A DNA stretch of 64,000 bases from an uncultured candidate division Zixibacteria bacterium (GTDB lineage: Bacteria > Zixibacteria > MSB-5A5 > RBG-16-43-9). The position numbers and the translations under genes were made by a program. Numbering within the stretch: the first letter of the stretch is position 1; the number at the start of each line of letters is the position of its first letter. Where the stretch lies: positions 1,856,001 through 1,920,000 of the forward strand of contig OY970208.1 of assembly GCA_963713865.1 (NCBI GenBank), in the 5' to 3' direction. A model generated the notes under the pieces. The model worked only from the letters and a program-made list of their open reading frames with translations. It searched no databases and was not told where the DNA came from. Shown one piece after another: positions 58,969-64,000 of this stretch.

Positions 58969-60802
58969 ATGACAAATCAATTTATAGAAAAACTGCAAAA
59001 AGGTGTCCTGCTCTGCGATGGGGCAATGGGGACACTGCTTTATACCAGGGGAGTTTCCTATTACCAGTGCTTTGATGAGCTGAACCTATCCAACCCTAAA
59101 GTTGTCCAGAAAGTCCATCAGGATTATATCAAAGCTTGCGCAGGGATAATTGAGACCAATACCTTTGGCGCAAACCGTTTCAAATTAGCCACTCACGGGT
59201 TTGAGGAGAAAGTTAGGGAGATAAACCTGAAGGGTGCAAAAATAGCGCGTGAAGCCAGAGAGATAGAGGGAAAAGATATCTTCGTAGCCGGTTCAATCGG
59301 ACCAATAGGGCAGAGGGTTTATCCATTTGGGGAGATAACCTTAAAGCAAGTCCGGGAGGCTTTTTTAGAGCAGGCAGAAGGGCTTTTAGAGGGTGGAGTG
59401 GATTTATTCATAGTTGAGACCATATCTGATCTCAGGGAGATGAAAGAAGCAGTCTTTGCCATCCGGAGTATCTGCCAGCTGCCGATTATGGCTTCAATGA
59501 CCTTTGGAGAGGATGGGAAAACCCTGATGGGTAACACCCCTGAAGAAGTGACCGAGGTTTTGGATAAATTGGAAGTAGAGGTAATTGGAGGCAATTGCAG
59601 TGTGGGTCCTTTGAAGATGTATGAGGTGATCCAGAACAATGAAAAGCAGGACCACAAAATTCATCTCCGCCCAGCCCAATGCCGGTTTGCCTCATTTTGT
59701 AGAGGGAAGATACATCTATCTTACCTCCCCGGAGTATATGGCAGAATATACCGAGAGATTCATCCGTGCCGGAGTTAATATCGTCGGCGGCTGCTGCGGC
59801 ACGACTCCCGAGCATATCAAGATGATGTCTCAGGTTATTAAAAAATTGAATTCCGGGATTACATCCAGAACCGAGCCTGATATCTATTTGGAAGAGGAGG
59901 TCGAAGAGGAAAAAATAGAAATCCCCCTGATGGAGCTTTCGCCTTTTGCCCGGAATCTCGGTAAGAAATTTCTGGTCTCAGTAGAAATCGACCCGCCTAA
60001 AGGAACCAATCCGGAGAAGATAATTCAGGTGGCTGAAAAGCTGAAGAAAAAAGGAATCGACGCGGTCAATATCGCTGACAGCCCCATGGCAAAGGTGAGA
60101 ATGGGCTGTCTCTCCCTGGCTTATCTTTTGAGAGAAAAGACCGGGATAGACGTTATTCTCCATTTAACCTGTAGAGACAGGAATTTAATGGGTCTGCAGT
60201 CAGACCTTATAGGTGCGCATGCCTTAGGCATAAGAAATATCCTGGCTATCACCGGTGACCCGCCCAGCCTGGGCGATTATCCTCATATGACCGCAGTTTA
60301 TGATGTTGACTCTATTGGTTTGGTAAAGATTATCCAGAAATTGAATATGGGAACAGACTGGGCAGGAAATTCCATTGGCTCACCCACATCTTTTTTCGCC
60401 GGGGTGGGAGTTGACCCGAATGCTGAAGACTGGGACAGGGAATTAGACCGACTCAGGGAAAAAGAAAAAGCCGGAGCAAATTTTATCTTTACCCAGCCGC
60501 TTTATGATTTAGAAACCTTAGAGAGATTTTTCAGAAGAATAGAAGGAATAAAACTGCCGATTATCATTGGTTTACTCCCGTTACAAAGCACTAGACATAC
60601 GGAATTCCTCCACAACGAAGTCCCCGGAATCAGAATCCCGGATAAGATAAGGGAGAGGATGAAACAAGCAGGGGAGAGGGGCGCACAGGAAGGGGTGCAA
60701 ATCTGCAAAGAGCTTTTAAAAGAAGCAAAATCCTTAGTCTCCGGAGTTTATTTAATTCCTTCTTTTGGCAGGTTTGAACAGGTTTTAGAGGTGATAGAAT
60801 GA
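58969..60802 (+). CDS. yitJ: Bifunctional homocysteine S-methyltransferase / methylenetetrahydrofolate reductase; apparent +1 frameshift at ~59636
   Basis: DGAMGT, ETNTFGAN, GGNCSVGP in first frame; QPNAGLP, GGCCGTTP, VEIDPP, H.TCRDRN, TGDP in second frame (ORFs 58870-59778 and 59639-60802). Confidence 0.85.
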
Positions 60803-60807
60803 TAATA

Positions 60808-61122
60808 TTGTCATTCTGAGGGAATCCAGCCGAAGGCGGATGACCGAAGAATCTGTCGAATTTGACCTTGAGGTAGATTCTTCGCTTTCGCTCAGAATGA
60901 CATTGATGCTGTAGCGTCGGGCTTCACGCCCGACGAAGTAAACGTAGGGTAAGGCTTTTAGCCTTGCTTTTGTTTTTCGTAGTATGACCCTTTTAGGGTC
61001 GCTGTAGTTGTAGGGACAGAACATTGTTCTGTCCAGTAATTACGACAAATCGAGACGCATGCTATGCGTCTCTACAACTATTAACCGTCTAATAATAATG
61101 TAGAGGAAGGCTTTAGCCTTCC
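60808..61122. repeat. Dense cluster of at least six different palindromic repeats
   Basis: tgtcattctgag...cagaatgaca; gtagcgtcgggcttcacgcccgacg; gtagggtaaggctttttagccttgc; gtagtatgacccttttagggtc; gtagggacagaacattgttctgtcc; gagacgcatgctatgcgtctctac; gtagaggaaggctttagccttcc. Confidence 0.8.
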
Positions 61123-61134
61123 ATTATTAATTTT

Positions 61135-61164
61135 ATTGACTTTAGTCAATGACTATTATATACT
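61135..61164 (+). promoter_or_regulatory. Sigma70 promoter with palindromic operator over the -35 box
   Basis: TTGACT-17 nt-TATACT; ATTGAC-TTTA-GTCAAT palindrome at 61135-61150. Confidence 0.65.
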
Positions 61165-61194
61165 TTTCAATACCAATAACCACGGCGGTAAATA

Positions 61195-61818
61195 ATGGAT
61201 TCTAAACAAAGATGGTATGGATGTTATTTCGATACTGATAGACAATTGACGAACTTTCTGAGTAAAGCGAGAAGCACATATGAAAAGCACACTAAGTTTA
61301 TTGAGCTTGAAAGAGCTTTCTTTTTTAAGGTTTTCTTAGACTTTGATACTAGCCGAGTGCATCTAGTGGGTATTCCAACTTTGGATGATTCGGTAGAAAA
61401 GAGACGGTGTGTGTGGGAGGAGATATTGGATAGAAAGATTGCATTCGATGAGGATTTTGATATCGTTATTGCTCCCAAAGATAAGTTAGATGAAAAAGTA
61501 AAATATTTGATCCAGATAGTCAGATTTACCGGAAATGTTAGCGCTACTACTGAAAGTTTACTTGACTTCTTGAAGAAGAAGAAATTCAATATACCTAGAG
61601 ATAGAAATATATGGCTTTTGGTTGTGGTTGAAGCTGACGCATTTCAGCTTAAATATAGTGAACTAAATAGGAAACTATCTGAAACAAATGTACCATACGG
61701 TAAAATTTTCATACTTGGGACAACACAGAGCCCGCGTATACTTTTCTGTTGCGAGGTTTTCCCTTTAGCTAGACTGCTGGGGGAAATAGATTTCAATACA
61801 CTTCGCTATTTTCAATAA
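61195..61818 (+). CDS. Hypothetical protein, possible PD-(D/E)xK nuclease-like fold
   Basis: 207 aa ORF; E..A helix then EDFDIVI...YLIQIVRF; KK.F...WLLV. Confidence 0.55.
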   Translation: MDSKQRWYGCYFDTDRQLTNFLSKARSTYEKHTKFIELERAFFFKVFLDFDTSRVHLVGIPTLDDSVEKRRCVWEEILDRKIAFDEDFDIVIAPKDKLDEKVKYLIQIVRFTGNVSATTESLLDFLKKKKFNIPRDRNIWLLVVVEADAFQLKYSELNRKLSETNVPYGKIFILGTTQSPRILFCCEVFPLARLLGEIDFNTLRYFQ

Positions 61819-61835
61819 AACTAAAACGAGTATAT

Positions 61836-62414
61836 ATGGACTCAAAAGAAACGAAGTGGGGGTTTCCAAAAGGAAAAGTAGCCTCGACGCTCAAAAATAT
61901 TCTTTCCAAAGAGTTTACAAATAAAGACATTGATACTATTGCTGTTGTGCTAATGCTTCGTTCCATGGTCGAATTATCAATTGAAAGGGTATTGTTTTTA
62001 ATGTTAAATTATGAATATCCACATTACGGCAAAGGGATGAACCCAAAAGAGACCCAAAAATACAAAATTCTAAATGAAAAAATGGAAGATGAACTTTGGA
62101 AAGTTATTGTTGGAATGAACTTTCACGTAAAACTTTCATTAATCGAGCCTTGCCTCAAGGTTTGGTACCCTGGTTTTGAAAAAACCATAAAAGAAATAAA
62201 TAGAGTGAGAAACAAGATAGCTCATTTAAATAAACTGAAAAGCTTAAAATTCAAAAATAAATTAATATGGAGCGAGGAGGGTATTGAAGAGTTTTTTGTT
62301 ACAGCTCAGATCACCACTAAGGAGATCAACAAGTTTTGTGAACGAATAGAAGAACGAAACGAAGCCATTAAAGATACGCTTAGAGAGATGCATTTAAGGC
62401 GACAAACAAGTTAA
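61836..62414 (+). CDS. Hypothetical protein with HEPN-like RxxxxH motif (MtlR-like HEPN)
   Basis: Helical; LR..VE..I, F..KL, INRVRNKIAH. Confidence 0.6.
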   Translation: MDSKETKWGFPKGKVASTLKNILSKEFTNKDIDTIAVVLMLRSMVELSIERVLFLMLNYEYPHYGKGMNPKETQKYKILNEKMEDELWKVIVGMNFHVKLSLIEPCLKVWYPGFEKTIKEINRVRNKIAHLNKLKSLKFKNKLIWSEEGIEEFFVTAQITTKEINKFCERIEERNEAIKDTLREMHLRRQTS

Positions 62415-62418
62415 TAAA

Positions 62419-62446
62419 ACGTCCTATAATATATATTATGTAAACA
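62419..62446 (+). other. dif-like XerC/XerD recombination site
   Basis: ACGTCCTATAA-TATATA-TTATGTAAACA, 11-6-11 architecture closely matching Bacillus-type dif (ACTTCCTAGAA-TATATA-TTATGTAAACT). Confidence 0.8.
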
Positions 62447-62479
62447 TAAAAGCAGATAAATTAATAATGTAAAATTATT

Positions 62480-62514
62480 AAGCCCGAATCCTGGTAATTC
62501 AGGTTCGGGCTTTT
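62480..62514. terminator. Intrinsic terminator between convergent genes
   Basis: aagcccgaatcctg-gtaatt-caggttcgggc-tttt. Confidence 0.75.
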
Positions 62515-62562
62515 CCTCATTTCCCTCTTCCCTATTGATGTATCTGGACCTGGTCCGCCTAA

Positions 62563-62638
62563 GGACAGAATCCACCTCAGGCGGATTCTGTCCCTACAAT
62601 CTGAACAATCTGCTTGGAAGGCTAAAGCCTTCCGCTAC
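62563..62638. repeat. GTAG REPs downstream of leuS, one overlapping its stop
   Basis: ggacagaatccacctcaggcggattctgtccctac; ggaaggctaaagccttccgCTAC. Confidence 0.75.
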
Positions 62639-64000
62639 TTAATCACGATATTCAAAATCTTATTCGGAACGTAGATTATCTTTACAATCTTTTTATCTTT
62701 TGTATGAGCTTGTACCTTTTCATCATTTAAAGCAATAGTTTCAACCGCTTTCTGATCGGAATTTATAGGCACATTAAATGTAGCTCTGAGCTTGCCGTTG
62801 ATCTGGACCGCTATGGTCACTTCATCCTCTATAACCGCATTTTTGTCATATTCAGGCCATTCAGACTTGAATATGCTTTCATTATGACCCATTTCATGCC
62901 AGATTTCTTCAGCCAAATGAGGTGCAAAAGGAGACAGAAGCTGCGCTGTTCTTTCCACAAAATACGGCAAGAACTCATATCTTTCCGTATCGGGAATAAC
63001 ATAAAGCTGTTCATCTAAAGTATTCAACAGTTCCATCATAGAAGCAATAGCTGTGTTCAGATCAAGACTTTCTATATCTCCAGTAACTTTCTTGATAGTT
63101 TGATGCAGTTTCCTGTATACGGGTTTATAAGTCTTTATATTCCAATCAGATAATATGCCAGATTTAGAGTATTTGTTTACATCAACTTTATAAGTATCTA
63201 TGCATACTTTTGCAAAATCGTAAATGCGTGTCAAAAATCTCCTTGCACCAGTAATACCCTCTCCTGTCCACAGGATTTCTTTACCTGAAGGAGCTGCAAA
63301 ATAAACAGCAATTCTGGAGACATCCACTCCGTTTTGCTCCATCAAATCCAATGGCGAAATAGCATTCCCCTTGGATTTGGACATAATCTCACCCTTGGAA
63401 TCCAAAACCATACCGTGATTGAAAAGCTCCAAAACCGGCTCATCTACTTTTAACCAGCCAAGATCATACAGGACCTTGGTGAAAAACCTGAAATACAACA
63501 GATGACCAGTAGCGTGTTCAATCCCTCCTATATATTTATCCACCGGCATCCATTTTTTAGCCTTTTCCCTGGAAAACGGCTCTTTATCGTTATGCGGGTC
63601 TGTGTATCTGAAAAGATACCAGGAAGAGCAGACAAAGGTATCCATAGTATCAGGGTCTCGTTCAGCTTTACCCTTGCAATTCGGGCAGGTAGTTTCTATA
63701 AATTCTTTCACATCAGAGAGAGGAGAACGACCTTTAGGTATAAAGTCTATATTACCCCTGGGCAGTAGAACCGGTAACTCAGATTCAGGCACAGGCAGAA
63801 TCCCGCATTTCTTACAGTGAATCATCGGAATGGGTGCACCCCAGTACCTCTGACGGGAGATCAGCCAGTCCCTCAATTTGAAATTAGTCTTCTTTTTACC
63901 TAAGCTTTTCTCCTCGATATAATCATTTATTTTTTCTATCCCGTCAGTTGACCAGAGTCCATTAAATATTCCAGAATTAACCATAGTTCCAGGGTCCTCG
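62635..64000 (-). CDS. leuS: Leucyl-tRNA synthetase (C-terminal part; 5' end outside window)
   Basis: RDWLISRQRYWGAPIP, DTMDTF..SSWY, YIGGIEHA..HLLY.RF, MSKSKGN, QINGKLR, YVPNKILNIV. Confidence 0.96.
   Translation of the reverse strand, partial: EDPGTMVNSGIFNGLWSTDGIEKINDYIEEKSLGKKKTNFKLRDWLISRQRYWGAPIPMIHCKKCGILPVPESELPVLLPRGNIDFIPKGRSPLSDVKEFIETTCPNCKGKAERDPDTMDTFVCSSWYLFRYTDPHNDKEPFSREKAKKWMPVDKYIGGIEHATGHLLYFRFFTKVLYDLGWLKVDEPVLELFNHGMVLDSKGEIMSKSKGNAISPLDLMEQNGVDVSRIAVYFAAPSGKEILWTGEGITGARRFLTRIYDFAKVCIDTYKVDVNKYSKSGILSDWNIKTYKPVYRKLHQTIKKVTGDIESLDLNTAIASMMELLNTLDEQLYVIPDTERYEFLPYFVERTAQLLSPFAPHLAEEIWHEMGHNESIFKSEWPEYDKNAVIEDEVTIAVQINGKLRATFNVPINSDQKAVETIALNDEKVQAHTKDKKIVKIIYVPNKILNIVIK

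Noticed and set aside
61081-61110. Second dif-like site left of the two hypothetical genes
   Set aside because: Only a weak TAATGTAGA resemblance to the XerD arm, wrong spacing, and it overlaps a REP start.
1-64000. CRISPR array or cas genes
   Set aside because: Palindromic repeats are dispersed, heterogeneous and lack regular unique spacers; no cas-like ORF seen.

Overview
Low-GC bacterial chromosome segment, most consistent with a Zixibacteria/FCB-related genome (inferred from dockerin-like GD.N.DG...SDVVYLINYL tails, FlgD/T9SS-like C-termini and an SBBP propeller protein). Content: a type IV pilus minor-pilin + pilMNOPQ cluster, many housekeeping genes (manC, tsaC, ftcd, dinB, FBP aldolase/phosphatase, der, plsY, gpsA, surE, apt, split metE, yitJ, leuS), four tRNAs (Gly-CCC, Pro-GGG, Pro-CGG, Arg-CCT) and an unusually dense, diverse, nested set of intergenic palindromic (REP-like) repeats, several of which supply the stop codon of the upstream gene. 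Main accessory signals: (i) an insertion hotspot between tRNA-Pro(GGG) and a GT2 gene holding integrase-less integron-like attI+cassette modules, one encoding a ParB/Srx protein plus a REase-like/TIR(DUF4062)-like fusion (candidate new anti-phage system); (ii) a decayed integron-type integrase with one cassette next to pilQ; (iii) a close match to a XerCD dif site at 62419-62446 with an adjacent two-gene nuclease-like/HEPN-like module; (iv) a Fibrobacter-type LexA box in the dinB promoter. Three genes carry single-base +1 frameshifts that may be sequencing errors. All calls are by eye from sequence and the ORF track; no database searches were run.
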